Of a stretch of DNA of 64,000 nucleotides, positions 26,602-38,366 are shown one piece after another; within the stretch, counting starts at the first letter, position 1; each line of letters starts with the position of its first letter. The notes beneath the pieces are model-generated. The model saw only the letters and a program-made list of their open reading frames with translations, was not told the DNA's origin and searched no databases. This stretch comes from Longimicrobiales bacterium (GTDB lineage: Bacteria; Gemmatimonadota; Gemmatimonadetes; Longimicrobiales; RSA9). The position numbers and the translations under genes are program-made. The stretch spans positions 22,896 through 86,895 of the forward strand of contig JBOHRE010000002.1 in assembly GCA_050732635.1 (NCBI GenBank), in the 5' to 3' direction.

Positions 26602-29259
26602 ATGAAGTCGGACGATATTCGAGCCGGGTTTCTCGGCTTCTTCGAGCGCAACGGCCACTCCATCCAGCCGAGCTCGAGTCTGGTTCCGGCGGATGACCCG
26701 ACGCTGCTCTTCACCAACGCCGGCATGGTCCAATTCAAGCGGGCGTTCCTGGGCGACGTGCGTCTGCCATACCGGCGCGCCGTGACATCGCAGCGGTGCC
26801 TGCGGGTGAGCGGCAAGCACAACGACCTCGAGGAGGTCGGCGTTACGCCGCGGCATCACACGCTGTTCGAGATGCTGGGCAATTTCTCCTTCGGCGACTA
26901 CTTCAAGCGCGAGGCCATCGGCTATGCCTGGCAGCTACTCACCGAGGAGCTGGGTCTGCCACGCGGGCGGCTGTGGGCCACGGTACACCACGCCGACGAC
27001 GAGGCCGCCTCGCTCTGGCAGGAGGTTGCGGGCCTGGCGCCGGCTCGCATCATCCGGCTCGGGGACCGCGACAACTTCTGGCAGATGGCCGAGACCGGGC
27101 CCTGCGGACCGTGCTCGGAAATTCATTTCGACCGACGGCCCGCAGCCGAGTTGGGCGGCCGGCTGTCGCCGGAAGCGTTCGTTGCCTTGACCGAGCGAAA
27201 CGAGATCCTCGAATTCTGGAATCTCGTATTCATGCAGTTCGACCGCGGCGCGGATGGCGAGTTGAGTCCGTTGCCGGCGCCCTCGATCGATACCGGCATG
27301 GGCCTGGAGCGGCTGGCCGTGCTGCTGTCGGGCGTGAGCTCGACGTACGAGACGGACCTGTTCGTGCCCCTGATCGAACGTGCCGTCGATATCGTGGGTG
27401 AGCCCTATACGGCCGATTCGGAGCGCGGCGTATCGTACCGCGTGCTCGCGGACCACGCTCGAGGCGTGGCGTTCCTCCTCGCGGATGGCGTGTTTCCGGG
27501 CAACCAGGACCGGGGCTACGTGCTGCGACGCATCCTGCGTCGCGCGGTGCGTCATGCCTGGCTGCTCGGGCGTCGTGAGCCGACGCTCGTCGGTGTCGTC
27601 GATGAGGTGATCGAGCGCATGGGCCGCGCCTATCCGGAGCTCCGGCAGCGCCGGAGCCACTTGCTGCACACGACGCGCACCGAGGAGGAGCGCTTTCTGG
27701 AAACGATCGATGCCGGTATGGCCCGACTCGAAGAGTTCGCGCCCGTGCGCACCGCGGCGGGTAGCACGGCGCCGGCCGTTATTGCGGGGACCGATGCGTT
27801 CCGCCTGTACGACACCTACGGCTTTCCGCTCGATCTGACGGAGCTGATCGCGCGAGAGCGGGGCTACATGGTCGACCGTCAGGGATTCGAGCGGGCGATC
27901 GAGGAGCAGCGGGAGCGCTCGCGTCAGGATCGCCGCGAGGCGGGGTTCCAGGTCGACACGGATGAGCTGGCTAGCGGCTGGGAGGAGCTCGACGCCGACG
28001 TCGATCAGGAGTTCGTCGGCCATCTGGAAACCGCGGTCGAGACCGACGTCGTGGCCTACCGGCGTGAGAACGGCCGAGTCGCGCTCCAGCTTCGGCGCAA
28101 CCCATTCTACGTGGAGGCCGGCGGGCAGGTGAGTGATCGTGGGATCATCGAAGGTGATGGCTGGGCCGTACTGGTGGACGATGTGCGCCGCGTCGCGGGT
28201 CGTGTGGCGGTTCTCGGCGATGTCGAAGGCGAGTTTCCAGGTGGGCAGCAACCGATTCGCGTACATGCAAAGGTCGAGCGGCCGGTGCGCCATGACACCG
28301 AGCGCAACCACACCGCGACGCATCTGTTGCATGCCGCGCTCCGAAAGATCCTCGGGCCGCACGTCCTGCAGCGCGGTTCACTGGTCGCGCCGGACCGGCT
28401 GCGCTTCGACTTCTCGCACCCGAGGCCCCTCACAGCGGACGAACTCGCGGCCGTGGAAGATGAGGCCAACCGCGCGATTCTCGCGGATTTTGACGTTTGT
28501 ATCGATTACATCGGCTACGGCGAGGCCGTCGAACGCGGCGCGATGGCATTATTCGGCGAAAAGTACGCCGATGTAGTCCGCGTCATCACGATTCCGGGCG
28601 TGAGTATGGAACTGTGTGGCGGCACGCACGTGCGGCATACCGGTGAGATCGGGATGTTGCGCATCATAGCGGAGGGCGGTGTCGCGGCGGGCGTTCGCCG
28701 CATCGAGGCGGTGACCGGTACGGCGTCGCAACGGCGCGCACGGGAGCATGAGCAACTGGTGCGGCAGGCTGCGGCGGCATTGCGGACATCGTCGGACCAG
28801 ATCGTGCACCGGGTCGAACAACTGCTCGAGGAGAATCGTGAGCTCAGGCGGCAGCTCGAGCGAACCCGCCGAGCGGGCGCAGCCGATCTCGTAAGCGAAT
28901 TGCTCGAGCGGTCGAGCGACGTGGATGGCGCGCGCGTGCTCGCGGCCGAGGTCGACGTTGCGAGTCCGGATGAGCTGCGCGCCCTGGGAGATCGCCTCCG
29001 TGAACGGATGCACAGTGGCGTCGTGGTTCTCGCCGCGCGCTATGAGGACAAGACGGCGCTGTTCGGCGTCGTCACCGACGATCTGATCCGCCGCGGCGTG
29101 CGTGCCGACCGCATCGTACGCGAGGCCGCTGCGGTGACCGGCGGCACGGGCGGCGGACGACCACACATGGCACAGGGCGGTATCGGCGACCCGTCGAAGC
29201 TGGGCGACGCGCTCGAGCGTGCGAAGCAGGTCGTGCGCGAACTGCTGGGCGGGGCATGA
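26602..29259 (+). CDS. alaS: alanine-tRNA ligase
   Basis: Starts at MKSDDIRAGFLGFFERNGH. Contains FTNAGMVQFK and the editing HxxxH/CGGTHV motifs. The upstream part of ORF 26278.. overlaps recA and is not coding. Confidence 0.95.
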   Translation: MKSDDIRAGFLGFFERNGHSIQPSSSLVPADDPTLLFTNAGMVQFKRAFLGDVRLPYRRAVTSQRCLRVSGKHNDLEEVGVTPRHHTLFEMLGNFSFGDYFKREAIGYAWQLLTEELGLPRGRLWATVHHADDEAASLWQEVAGLAPARIIRLGDRDNFWQMAETGPCGPCSEIHFDRRPAAELGGRLSPEAFVALTERNEILEFWNLVFMQFDRGADGELSPLPAPSIDTGMGLERLAVLLSGVSSTYETDLFVPLIERAVDIVGEPYTADSERGVSYRVLADHARGVAFLLADGVFPGNQDRGYVLRRILRRAVRHAWLLGRREPTLVGVVDEVIERMGRAYPELRQRRSHLLHTTRTEEERFLETIDAGMARLEEFAPVRTAAGSTAPAVIAGTDAFRLYDTYGFPLDLTELIARERGYMVDRQGFERAIEEQRERSRQDRREAGFQVDTDELASGWEELDADVDQEFVGHLETAVETDVVAYRRENGRVALQLRRNPFYVEAGGQVSDRGIIEGDGWAVLVDDVRRVAGRVAVLGDVEGEFPGGQQPIRVHAKVERPVRHDTERNHTATHLLHAALRKILGPHVLQRGSLVAPDRLRFDFSHPRPLTADELAAVEDEANRAILADFDVCIDYIGYGEAVERGAMALFGEKYADVVRVITIPGVSMELCGGTHVRHTGEIGMLRIIAEGGVAAGVRRIEAVTGTASQRRAREHEQLVRQAAAALRTSSDQIVHRVEQLLEENRELRRQLERTRRAGAADLVSELLERSSDVDGARVLAAEVDVASPDELRALGDRLRERMHSGVVVLAARYEDKTALFGVVTDDLIRRGVRADRIVREAAAVTGGTGGGRPHMAQGGIGDPSKLGDALERAKQVVRELLGGA

Positions 29260-29579
29260 GCGCGACCCCGGACGCACTCGGCTGGCTGGCTCAGCGCGCG
29301 CACGACGTGCCGGATCGACTGCAACGCCGCATGCGCGAGGCGATCGCGGCGAGTCGTGGCCGTGACGTCGCTACGGTCCTGGGCAACGCGGCCGTGGCCT
29401 GCCTCTGCCGAGCGGCCGCGCAACCCGAGCAGCGAAGCGCGGCCGTCGACCTGCTCTCGGCGGACGCGCTGCTCACGCATGGCTGCGAGGCGGCAGCCCT
29501 CGACGGCACCGACTCGCTGCGCGCGTTCTGTCGCGAGTTCGGCATCGAGGCGCTCACGGACTCGCTGGCGGCGCGGTGA
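29256..29579 (+). CDS. hypothetical protein (107 aa, predicted all-alpha)
   Basis: ATGA overlap with alaS and GTGA overlap with the next gene. High GC3. I recognise no family. Confidence 0.5.
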   Translation: MSATPDALGWLAQRAHDVPDRLQRRMREAIAASRGRDVATVLGNAAVACLCRAAAQPEQRSAAVDLLSADALLTHGCEAAALDGTDSLRAFCREFGIEALTDSLAAR

Positions 29580-30181
29580 GCAGTCCGCCAGTCGAGCAGG
29601 CACGGGAGCACCTACGGACGCTTTCGCGCGCGGCCCTGAACGCGGCCGATTCGATCGCGGAGGAGATCGTCGAGCTCGCGCACGTCGCAGCGCTCGCGAT
29701 CAATGGTGGCGGCAAGCTCATGTTTTGCGGCAATGGTGGATCGGCAGCGGACGCGCAGCACCTCGCGACGGAATACGTCGTTCGCTTCACGGCAGACCGT
29801 GACGGCTTGCCCGCAATTGCGCTGACGACCGACACATCGTTGCTGACGGCGGCGGCGAACGATCTCGGCTTCGAGCAGGTGTTCGCCCGACAGGTCCGGG
29901 CCCTGGGGCGGCGAGGCGACGTGCTGTTTCTGCACTCCACCTCGGGTCGCTCGCCGAACCTGATCGCTGCGGCCGATGCGGCGCGGGAACGTGGCGTGAT
30001 CAGCATCGCGCTGTTGAGTGCGCGCGGCGGCGCGTTGCGCGAACGGGTCGATCGAGCAGTGCTCGTGCCGACCGAACTGGGCGCCACCACACAGGAACTG
30101 CAGCTGGCGATCGGCCACATCATCTGCTCGCTCGTGGAATCGCAGGTCGGCCAGGAGCACGGTGTAGTCAGCGAGCCATGA
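29576..30181 (+). CDS. SIS-domain protein (phosphoheptose isomerase GmhA / DiaA-like)
   Basis: Contains CGNGGSAADAQHLATE and STSGRSPN. Confidence 0.8.
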   Translation: MSSPPVEQAREHLRTLSRAALNAADSIAEEIVELAHVAALAINGGGKLMFCGNGGSAADAQHLATEYVVRFTADRDGLPAIALTTDTSLLTAAANDLGFEQVFARQVRALGRRGDVLFLHSTSGRSPNLIAAADAARERGVISIALLSARGGALRERVDRAVLVPTELGATTQELQLAIGHIICSLVESQVGQEHGVVSEP

Positions 30182-30591
30182 GCGCAGATCCAGGGCCCGC
30201 GCTGGAAGCCGCGCGCGAGCGCGAACGGGCGCAAGCTGCATTTTACCGTGCGCTTGCGGTTCTCGCGGAAGAGGCCGGTGAGGCGGACACGTCACAGCGA
30301 CTGAACGAGCTACACGCCGATGAGCAGCATCAGCTCTCCCGGCTGACGGCGCGACTCCTGGAAATTGGAAGCGTGCCGGCAGATCTCGCCGAACCCGACG
30401 AGACCGATATCGAGCAGGGGCTCGCGGGGTGGCAGCAGCGCGCGCGGTTGCGTGAACGCGAGGAGGTGCGTTTATACGAAGCGCTGCTGCGGCGGGTGTC
30501 GGATCCGCCTACGCAGGCAATGTTCGAGGAGTTTCTGCGGGTCGAGCGCCTGCACGAGGGGCAGCTCGGTGGCAAGTGGATGGGCGCGTGA
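30178..30591 (+). CDS. ferritin-like / rubrerythrin-like four-helix protein (tentative)
   Basis: 137 aa, helical. Contains DEQH and ERLH (D/ExxH) motifs. ATGA overlap with the SIS gene. Confidence 0.45.
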   Translation: MSADPGPALEAARERERAQAAFYRALAVLAEEAGEADTSQRLNELHADEQHQLSRLTARLLEIGSVPADLAEPDETDIEQGLAGWQQRARLREREEVRLYEALLRRVSDPPTQAMFEEFLRVERLHEGQLGGKWMGA

Positions 30592-30601
30592 AGGAGATCA
30601 C

Positions 30602-31366
30602 GTGCTGGCATTGGAGCTGACCGGAAAGCGAGCGCTCGTGACCGGCGGATCGCGCGGCGTCGGCCGGGCGATCGCCCGCTCGTTGGCGCGTGCCGGTGCG
30701 GATGTTTTCATTACCTTTCACCAGCGGGTCGACGACGCCGCAGCGACAGTGCGCGAGTTGACCGAGCTCGGGGTCGAGAGCGGGATGTGGGGCGGCGATC
30801 TGGCGGATAGCGGCGCAGTGCGAACCATGTTCGAGGCGGTGGACCGCGCCTTCAGCTCCAGACTGGACATCTTCGTAGGCAATGCGGGCATCTGGCCTCC
30901 CCAAGATGTTCCGGTCGCCGCCATGAGTGACGAGCAGTGGCGACGCACTCTCGCGGTGAACTTGGACGCAATGTTCTACACGACGCGCGGTGCAGCTCAG
31001 CGACTGGGCGATGCCGGCCGGGTGGTGCTGATCGGCTCGACCGCGGGTCAGCGCGGTGAAGCCGGGCACGCCGACTACGCAGCAAGCAAAGGTGCGCTGA
31101 TCTCATTCGTCAAGGGAATCGCGATCGAGCTCGCGCCACGAGGAATCACGGTCAACTGCGTGGCGCCGGGCTGGATCGACACGGAGATGGCGTCCGCGCC
31201 GTACGTGGGTGGGGGCCGTGAGCGCATCGAGGCGATGATCCCGCTCGGGCGAGTGGCGAGCGTGGAGGACGTCGCCGGTCCGGTGACCTTCCTCTGCTCA
31301 GCGCTGGCTCGCCACATTACCGGCGAAGTTCTGAACGTCAACGGAGGCGCAGTCCTATGCGGGTAG
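30602..31366 (+). CDS. SDR-family oxidoreductase (FabG-like)
   Basis: TGGSRGVGRAIA, NAG and YAASKGA motifs. GTG start at 30602. Confidence 0.85.
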   Translation: MLALELTGKRALVTGGSRGVGRAIARSLARAGADVFITFHQRVDDAAATVRELTELGVESGMWGGDLADSGAVRTMFEAVDRAFSSRLDIFVGNAGIWPPQDVPVAAMSDEQWRRTLAVNLDAMFYTTRGAAQRLGDAGRVVLIGSTAGQRGEAGHADYAASKGALISFVKGIAIELAPRGITVNCVAPGWIDTEMASAPYVGGGRERIEAMIPLGRVASVEDVAGPVTFLCSALARHITGEVLNVNGGAVLCG

Positions 31367-32184
31367 ATGGCTCTCCCTCTCCCTGGGACGTTGAACAGCA
31401 AGCACCGCGCAATGCGGGGCGCCTGCGATCCCAGCTTTCCGCCTGGCTACGCGACCAGGTCGAGGGCTCGCGCGCAGGCGGTGTCGTTTTCGGCCTCTCC
31501 GGTGGTATTGACTCGGCGGTCGTCTGCGGTCTGTGCGTGGATGCGCTCGGACCTCGCCGGTGCCTGGCGCTGATCATGCCCATCGAATCGCACGACGAGG
31601 ATGCACAGCTGGCGCATGCCGTAGCGGAGCGATTCGGCGTCACCGCGATGCGGCTGGACCTGCACGATCCCTTTCGGATGATCCTGCAGCAGCTGGAGGA
31701 GGCGAGTCACGGGCTGGATGTGAGCACGCGGCGACAGGGAGCAGAAGCCGCGGAGAGCGGCGTGGCGCTGGCGCGCGCCAACCTGAAGCCCCGACTCCGG
31801 ATGATCGCCCTCTATTACTTTTCCAACCTGCTCGATTACCGGGTGATTGGCACGGGCAACGCTGCCGAGCGGCTGGTCGGCTACTTCACGAAATGGGGCG
31901 ACGGTGCGGCCGACCTGGCGCCTCTGGGCGACCTGCTCAAGGTCGAAGTGGTGGCGCTGGCCCGCGAGCTGGGCGTGCCGCAGCGAGTGATTCAGCGACC
32001 GCCGTCGGCGGGATTGTGGGCGGGACAGACGGATGAAGAGGAGCTGGGTCTGCGCTACGATGACATCGACCGCTACCTGCTCACCGGCAGCTCGGGAGAT
32101 GAGGCCGTCGATCGTACGGTGCAACACCGGGTCGATGCGGCACGCCACAAGATCGAGCCGCCCCCGGTCGCGCGGCCGGACTGA
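31357..32184 (+). CDS. nadE: NH3-dependent NAD+ synthetase
   Basis: The PP-loop motif GLSGGIDSAVV, plus TGNAAE..GYFTKWGDG. Confidence 0.87.
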   Translation: MRVDGSPSPWDVEQQAPRNAGRLRSQLSAWLRDQVEGSRAGGVVFGLSGGIDSAVVCGLCVDALGPRRCLALIMPIESHDEDAQLAHAVAERFGVTAMRLDLHDPFRMILQQLEEASHGLDVSTRRQGAEAAESGVALARANLKPRLRMIALYYFSNLLDYRVIGTGNAAERLVGYFTKWGDGAADLAPLGDLLKVEVVALARELGVPQRVIQRPPSAGLWAGQTDEEELGLRYDDIDRYLLTGSSGDEAVDRTVQHRVDAARHKIEPPPVARPD

Positions 32185-32189
32185 AGGCC

Positions 32190-33545
32190 GTGCACCTCGC
32201 GCCGCCGCCGGCGGTCGTGGACGTGGCGCGCACACTCGAGCAGGCTGGATTTCAGGCCTGGGCGGTCGGCGGTGCGGTGCGCGATGCGTTGCTCGGCAAG
32301 TCGGCCCAGGATTGGGACATCGCGACTTCCGCACGGCCGGAGCAGGTGCGCGGCCTGTTTCGACGCACCGTGCCGATCGGGATCGATCATGGGACCGTCG
32401 GCGTCCTGGCCGGCGACGTGCTCTACGAGGTGACGACGTTCCGCCGGGACGTCGAAACGTTCGGCCGACACGCGGTGGTCGAGTTCGCGGATTCGGTCGA
32501 AGAGGATCTCGCGCGTCGTGATTTCACGTTCAACGCCATCGCGTGGAATCCGCTGACGGACGAGCTGCTGGATCCATTCGGCGGCCTGGACGACCTGCGC
32601 GGCGGTCGGCTACGCACGGTCGGCGCGCCCGCCGATCGCTTCGCGGAAGATCATCTCCGGGTGCTGCGCGCACTCCGGTTCGCGGGCCACTTCCAGCTCG
32701 CGATCGACGCGCCGACCTGGATTGCGCTCGTCGCCGCAGTGCCGCTGCTGTCGACGCTGTCGGCCGAACGCGTGCGTGAGGAGCTTACCAAGGTTCTGAC
32801 CAAGACGCGGCGCGCCTCCGCCTCGCTGTCGCTTTACGCCACCGCCGGTGCTCTGAGTCCGCTGTACCCCGAGCTGGAGGCCACGGTCGGGGTCGATGCA
32901 GGAGCGGACCACGAGCTGGACGTGTGGACCGAAAGCTTGCTGGCGATCGACACGCTGGCACCCACACGACCACGCCTGCGCCTGGCTGCGCTCTTTCACG
33001 GACTCGGGATCCCCGGCTCGCGCGTCCGCGACCTGCGCGGCGGCTGGCGCGCCACCGGCCATGCCGCAGTCGGCGCTGCACTGACCGAGGCGCTGATGCG
33101 CCGCTTGCGTTTTTCGAACGCCGACACGAGCACGGTCGTCGAGCTGCTGCGCATGCAGGAGCAGCTTTTCCCGCCGGACTCCGATGGCGCACGTGTCCGG
33201 CGCTGGCTGCACGCCATCGGTCCCGTGGATCCGCGCGACCTGTTTCGGCTGCGCATCGCGTTGTGCCGCGCGAACCCGCGCGCCGGTGCGAGCGGTGCCG
33301 CGGATCTCAGCGAGCGCTGGCACCTGGCGCACCACGTGCTGATGCAGCGGCCGCCGCTCCGCGTGACCGATCTGGCAATTGGCGGCGACGACCTGAAGAG
33401 CCTGGGATTGCGGCCCGGACCAGAGTACCGCGACCTGCTCGCCGCGTTACTCGATCGCGTACTCGATGATCCGACACTGAACACACGCGACGCGTTGCTC
33501 GGTCTGATCCGGGCGCAGCTCGAGCGGCTGGACCCCGGCGCGTGA
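32190..33545 (+). CDS. cca: CCA-adding enzyme / poly(A) polymerase-family tRNA nucleotidyltransferase
   Basis: Contains [22 protein letters not shown] and RDFTFNA. Confidence 0.85.
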   Translation: MHLAPPPAVVDVARTLEQAGFQAWAVGGAVRDALLGKSAQDWDIATSARPEQVRGLFRRTVPIGIDHGTVGVLAGDVLYEVTTFRRDVETFGRHAVVEFADSVEEDLARRDFTFNAIAWNPLTDELLDPFGGLDDLRGGRLRTVGAPADRFAEDHLRVLRALRFAGHFQLAIDAPTWIALVAAVPLLSTLSAERVREELTKVLTKTRRASASLSLYATAGALSPLYPELEATVGVDAGADHELDVWTESLLAIDTLAPTRPRLRLAALFHGLGIPGSRVRDLRGGWRATGHAAVGAALTEALMRRLRFSNADTSTVVELLRMQEQLFPPDSDGARVRRWLHAIGPVDPRDLFRLRIALCRANPRAGASGAADLSERWHLAHHVLMQRPPLRVTDLAIGGDDLKSLGLRPGPEYRDLLAALLDRVLDDPTLNTRDALLGLIRAQLERLDPGA

Positions 33546-34261
33546 TCGCGTCACTGGCTTACGCGGCCGTTGCCGGACTGGCGACGTTGATCGGCGGCTT
33601 CATCGTGACCGCGGGTGCGGCGCGGCGCGAGCTGCCGGTGAAGGTGCTGGTCGGCTTCGGTGGCGGCTTCATGCTCGCGGTCGCGCTACTGGAAATGCTG
33701 CCCGCCGGTATGCGCGCGGCGCACGGGCTGAGCGCCGTGTTGATCGGATACCTGGCGGTGCATCTGACGCAACACACAATGACGCCTCACTTCCATTTCG
33801 GCGAGGAGACGCACGCTGATCTGATGTCGTCGCGCGGTGTCGGGGTCTGGGCCTTGGTCGGGTTACTGCCCCATAACTTCTTCGACGGCGTGGCGATTGC
33901 CAGCGGTGTTGCGGCCTCGGCCGAGCTGGGGCTCCTCGTGTTCCTGGCGGTATTGCTGCACAAGGTCCCGACCGGGGTCTCGCTGGCCAGTGTCATGATG
34001 GCCAGCGGCAACTCGGCACAAACCACGATCAGCGCAGTATCAATTACCGGCGCAGCGACCATTCTGGGCGCCCTGGTCACGCCGGTCGTGGCTCCGCTGG
34101 CCGAATACGGCCTGGCGCTGTCGGCGGGTGTGACCATCTACGTCGCAGCGTCGAATCTGATTCCTGAGGCGCAGCACGAACCCGGCTGGAAGATTCCGGG
34201 TGCCGTGTTCCTCGGCGTGGTCGCGTTCTGGTTCACCCGGCTGCTGCTGCCGGGTCACTGA
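33542..34261 (+). CDS. ZIP-family divalent metal transporter
   Basis: 8 TM-like segments. Contains HNFFDG and LHKVPTG motifs. Confidence 0.85.
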   Translation: MIASLAYAAVAGLATLIGGFIVTAGAARRELPVKVLVGFGGGFMLAVALLEMLPAGMRAAHGLSAVLIGYLAVHLTQHTMTPHFHFGEETHADLMSSRGVGVWALVGLLPHNFFDGVAIASGVAASAELGLLVFLAVLLHKVPTGVSLASVMMASGNSAQTTISAVSITGAATILGALVTPVVAPLAEYGLALSAGVTIYVAASNLIPEAQHEPGWKIPGAVFLGVVAFWFTRLLLPGH

Positions 34262-34272
34262 GAGGATGCATT

Positions 34273-35676
34273 TTGTCGGAGCTCGAGCTATTCCGGGAGT
34301 CTGATATCAGCGCGCCACCACCGCCCGATGTGATGCCGGGTGCGGCTCCACTTGCGGCGCGCATGCGGCCGCGGGACCTGGACGAGTTTGTCGGTCAGCA
34401 GCACCTGATCGCGCCCGGGCGCGGGCTGCGCACGCTCATCGAGCGCGATGAACTGGGAAGCGTCATTCTCTGGGGGCCGCCGGGCACGGGAAAGACCACG
34501 CTCGCGCGGATCATCGCGCGCCGCACGCACGCCGTGTTCGTGCAGTTCAGCGCGGTGACGGAGGGCGTGCCGCGCGTGCGCGAGATCATCGCCCAGGCCG
34601 ATCAGCGACTGCGCGCCACTGGGCGACGGACGATCCTGTTCTGTGACGAGATCCACCGCTTCAACAAGGCACAGCAGGATGCCTTCTTGCCGCATGTCGA
34701 GGCGGGCACCGTTACGCTGATTGGCGCGACGACAGAGAATCCATCGTTCGAGGTGATCGGCGCGCTGCTGAGCCGTGCACGCATCTTCGTCCTGGAGCCG
34801 CTGGACGAGAAGGCTGTGCGGAGCGTACTCGAGCGCGCACTGCTGGACGACGAGCGGGGTCTGGGCGGCAAAGGGTTGCGGGCAACGGACCAGGCGCTTG
34901 GCTTGATCGCCCGGCAGGCCGATGGTGATGCGCGCCGGGCGCTGAACGCGCTCGAATCGGCAGCCGTGCTCGCTGCTGACACGCAGATGATCACGGAGGA
35001 GCTGGCCCGCGAGGGGTTACAGCGGCGGGTGTCACGATATGACAAGACAGGCGAAGAGCACTACAACCTCATTTCCGCGCTGCACAAGTCGGTACGTGGC
35101 AGTGATCCAGACGCGGCGCTCTACTGGCTCGCGCGAATGCTCGAGGGTGGTGAGGACGGGCTCTACATCGCGCGGCGGCTGGTTCGTATGGCGGTCGAGG
35201 ACATCGGGCTCGCGGATCCGCTCGCCCTGCGGCTCGCCATGGCCGCTCGGGACGCCTACCACTTCGTCGGCAGCCCGGAAGGGGATCTCGCGCTGGGGGA
35301 AGCTGCGGTATACCTCGCGACCGCGGCGAAGTCCAATCGACTGAACGAAGCATTCAACGCGGCGCGGGCGGCCGCGGCGAGCACACCGGCCGAGCCGGTA
35401 CCGCTGCACATTCGCAATGCGCCGACAGGCCTCATGAAGGACCTCGGCTATGGGCGCGACTACGCCTATGCGTTCGATGCCGAGGAGCACTACGTCGTCC
35501 AGGACTATTTGCCGCAGTCGCTGCGCGGCAGCCGGTACTTCGAACCGAGCCGGTTCGGGTACGAGGAGCGAATCGGCCAGCGGCTGGCCTGGTGGCGCGA
35601 GCGCGGAAGTGGCCCGGGGAATGCGCAGTCTGGCGACAGAACGAGCGAGTCGGCTACGGAAGCGGAAGACAGGTGA
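34273..35676 (+). CDS. rarA: replication-associated recombination protein A (AAA+ ATPase)
   Basis: Contains [30 protein letters not shown] and [16 protein letters not shown]. Confidence 0.92.
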   Translation: MSELELFRESDISAPPPPDVMPGAAPLAARMRPRDLDEFVGQQHLIAPGRGLRTLIERDELGSVILWGPPGTGKTTLARIIARRTHAVFVQFSAVTEGVPRVREIIAQADQRLRATGRRTILFCDEIHRFNKAQQDAFLPHVEAGTVTLIGATTENPSFEVIGALLSRARIFVLEPLDEKAVRSVLERALLDDERGLGGKGLRATDQALGLIARQADGDARRALNALESAAVLAADTQMITEELAREGLQRRVSRYDKTGEEHYNLISALHKSVRGSDPDAALYWLARMLEGGEDGLYIARRLVRMAVEDIGLADPLALRLAMAARDAYHFVGSPEGDLALGEAAVYLATAAKSNRLNEAFNAARAAAASTPAEPVPLHIRNAPTGLMKDLGYGRDYAYAFDAEEHYVVQDYLPQSLRGSRYFEPSRFGYEERIGQRLAWWRERGSGPGNAQSGDRTSESATEAEDR

Positions 35677-36152
35677 TGCTCAGAACTGGTGTTTGTAGCG
35701 CGGCTGTCGCCGCGGTTGCGCTGACGGCATGCTCAACGGTGGTGCGCCAGCCCGAGGTCCGCGTCGAGGGGGTGCGGGTGGGAGGAATCGGCCTTCAGGG
35801 CGGCTTGTTGTACGTGCTGCTGGAGGTGGAGAACCCCAACGGCTTCGCGCTGGAGGCGAACGGCCTGACCTACGACATCGACGTCCGGCATCAGGAAAAC
35901 GGCGACACGAGCTGGGTGGACCTCGTCGACGGGCAGTACGAGGATGACATCCGCATCGGCTCACGCCAGATCGATCGACTCGAAATTCCCATCGAATTCA
36001 CGTACCGTGAAATGGGGGGCGCGTTACGCACGTTGATCGACCGCGGATCCTTCACCTACCGGATCAGCGGAGCGGTTGCACTGAACGAACCGCTGCGACG
36101 CAGTGTGCCATATCGCAAGAGTGGCGTGGTGACGCTGGGTGGCTCGCGGTGA
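35676..36152 (+). CDS. LEA_2 / NDR1-HIN1-like lipoprotein
   Basis: Lipobox VALTACS. Beta-rich segment LLEVENPNGFALEANGLTYDIDV. TGATG junction with rarA. Confidence 0.65.
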   Translation: MLRTGVCSAAVAAVALTACSTVVRQPEVRVEGVRVGGIGLQGGLLYVLLEVENPNGFALEANGLTYDIDVRHQENGDTSWVDLVDGQYEDDIRIGSRQIDRLEIPIEFTYREMGGALRTLIDRGSFTYRISGAVALNEPLRRSVPYRKSGVVTLGGSR

Positions 36153-37500
36153 TGCGCAGCATTGCCGTGACGCGCGGAGTCGGGGAGGCGTCGTCATAGT
36201 CAGACTCGTCGACATCGAGCCGCCGCAGGAGCGGGCGCTTCTCGTCGGCGCGCCGGACCGGCGCACTTCCGTGCAGGCCGCCGACGAGCACATCGAGGAG
36301 CTCGCCCGCCTTACCGATACAGCCGGTGCGTTGGTGATCGGGCGTGTGATCCAGCGCCTGGACGCACCGCATCCGCGCTACTACATCGGCGAAGGCAAGG
36401 CTGCCGAGCTGAAACAGCGTTTGGAATCCAGCGGCGCATCCCTTGTCATCTTCGACGAAGATCTGGCACCGGCGCAGGGCAAGAATCTGGAGGATCTGCT
36501 CGAGCGGCGGGTGATGGACCGCACGGAGCTGATTCTCGACATCTTCGCAACGCGCGCACGCACCGCGGAGGCGCAGATGCAGGTCGAGCTGGCGCAGCTC
36601 ACATACCTGCTGCCGCGGTTGCGTCGCATGTGGACACACCTGTCGCGGATCCGCGGCGGTATCGGCCTCCGTGGGCCGGGCGAGACGCAGCTGGAGACCG
36701 ATCGACGCATGATCGGCCGGCGCATCCGCGACCTGCAACGGAAGCTCGAGGTCGTGGCGCAGCGGCGCGCAACGCAACGCAAGGCCCGGTCGGCGGAGTT
36801 CAGGGTCGCGCTGGTAGGCTACACCAATGCGGGCAAGTCGTCCGTTCTGCGCAGCCTATCGGGCGCGGAGCTGTTCGTCGAGGATCGGCTGTTTGCGACG
36901 CTGGATCCGGCCACGCGCGTGGTTGATCTCGATGGTGATGCGGCGCTGATGACCGATACGGTCGGATTCATCCGGAAGCTGCCGCACGACCTCGTCGCTT
37001 CGTTTCGCGCGACGCTGGAAGAGGCGCGCCAGGCCGACCTGCTGTTGCACGTTCTGGATGCGGCACACGGCGGCTGGGAGGAGCAGAAGCAGGTGGTCGA
37101 CGAGGTGCTCGAGGAGATGGGACTCGGTGATCGAGCTCGCGTGCTGGTCTTCAACAAGGTCGACAAGCTGACGCATGCGGAGGAGGAGGCACTGCGGGCG
37201 CGGGTCGCAGGGCTGTACGCAGAACGCTCGGTATTCGCGTCCGCAGTCGAGCCTGCGGGGCTGCATGCGCTGCGCACGGAGCTGCGCGCCGCGCTGCGCC
37301 AGCGGCGCCCGGAGGTGCATCTGCGGATTCCGGCGATCGATGGAGAAGCGCTCGCGGCGGTGTATCGCGAAGGCGAAGTGCTGCGCTTCGAACAGCACGA
37401 TACCACGATCGACGTCACGGCCCGGCTACCCAATGCAGTGTTGGGTCGCCTAAGGCGGCGCACGGGCGTCGTGGTAGTCGAGGTGGTCGGGGCGGCTTGA
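36139..37500 (+). CDS. hflX: GTPase HflX
   Basis: Contains [10 protein letters not shown], the G-motifs [14 protein letters not shown] and NKVD. The exact start is uncertain. Confidence 0.9.
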   Translation: MARGDAQHCRDARSRGGVVIVRLVDIEPPQERALLVGAPDRRTSVQAADEHIEELARLTDTAGALVIGRVIQRLDAPHPRYYIGEGKAAELKQRLESSGASLVIFDEDLAPAQGKNLEDLLERRVMDRTELILDIFATRARTAEAQMQVELAQLTYLLPRLRRMWTHLSRIRGGIGLRGPGETQLETDRRMIGRRIRDLQRKLEVVAQRRATQRKARSAEFRVALVGYTNAGKSSVLRSLSGAELFVEDRLFATLDPATRVVDLDGDAALMTDTVGFIRKLPHDLVASFRATLEEARQADLLLHVLDAAHGGWEEQKQVVDEVLEEMGLGDRARVLVFNKVDKLTHAEEEALRARVAGLYAERSVFASAVEPAGLHALRTELRAALRQRRPEVHLRIPAIDGEALAAVYREGEVLRFEQHDTTIDVTARLPNAVLGRLRRRTGVVVVEVVGAA

Positions 37501-38366
37501 GCGAACGCGTGGCCATCGTCGGCCCGGGACGCGTGGGTCTGGCGCTAGGCGCCGCCCTGCTGCACGCTCGGGCGGTCGAGTCGCTGACGTATTACGGGCG
37601 CGCGCTCGAACCGCCCCCGCACCCGATCTTCGATGCGGAGGGCGGCGCGGCGTATCGCGTGGGCCCGCACCCGCTGCCACCGGACACGACGATCCTGATC
37701 CTGGCCGTACCGGACTCGGCGCTGCCCGAAGTCACGACCGACCTGGCGCACGTCGGTCCGGCGCCTGCGGCATGCGCCGCGCTGCACCTGTCCGGCGCTC
37801 TCTCGGGCGACGTGCTGAGCCCGCTCCATGCGCGAGGCTATGCCACGGGATCGCTCCACCCGATGCAGTCGGTGGCCGACGCCTGGAGCGCGGCGGACCG
37901 CCTGCTGGGTGCGACGTTCGCGGTCGGCGGCGAACCGGCCGCGGTGAGTGCGGCCCGCAGGATCGTCACTGGCCTGGGCGGCCGCGTGCTCGTGATTCCG
38001 CCCGTGCTGCGACCCGTGTACCACGCCGCCGCCACGGCCGGCTCGAACTACGTCGTCGCGCTGCTGGCCTTCGCCGCACGGCTGCTGATGCAAGCGGGTG
38101 TGGACGAGGCGGAGGCCGTGCCGGCGCTGCTTCCGTTACTGCGAGGTGCGCTCGACAATGTGGAGCAGCTCGGGCTCGTGGCAGCGCTGACCGGCCCCAT
38201 AGCGCGCGGCGACACGGACACGGTGCGACTCCACGTCGCGCGTTTGTCGGAGCAGGACCGAGCGCTATATTGCGCGCTTGGCCGAGAAACGCTGCAGCTC
38301 GCGCGTTCGGCCGGGCTCGACCCGCGTCGTGCGGCCGAGCTCGAGGCACTGCTTGCCACCATCTGA
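37497..38366 (+). CDS. Rossmann-like DUF2520-type putative oxidoreductase
   Basis: N-terminal [15 protein letters not shown]-terminal TGPIARGD motif typical of DUF2520. TTGA overlap with hflX. Confidence 0.65.
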   Translation: MSERVAIVGPGRVGLALGAALLHARAVESLTYYGRALEPPPHPIFDAEGGAAYRVGPHPLPPDTTILILAVPDSALPEVTTDLAHVGPAPAACAALHLSGALSGDVLSPLHARGYATGSLHPMQSVADAWSAADRLLGATFAVGGEPAAVSAARRIVTGLGGRVLVIPPVLRPVYHAAATAGSNYVVALLAFAARLLMQAGVDEAEAVPALLPLLRGALDNVEQLGLVAALTGPIARGDTDTVRLHVARLSEQDRALYCALGRETLQLARSAGLDPRRAAELEALLATI

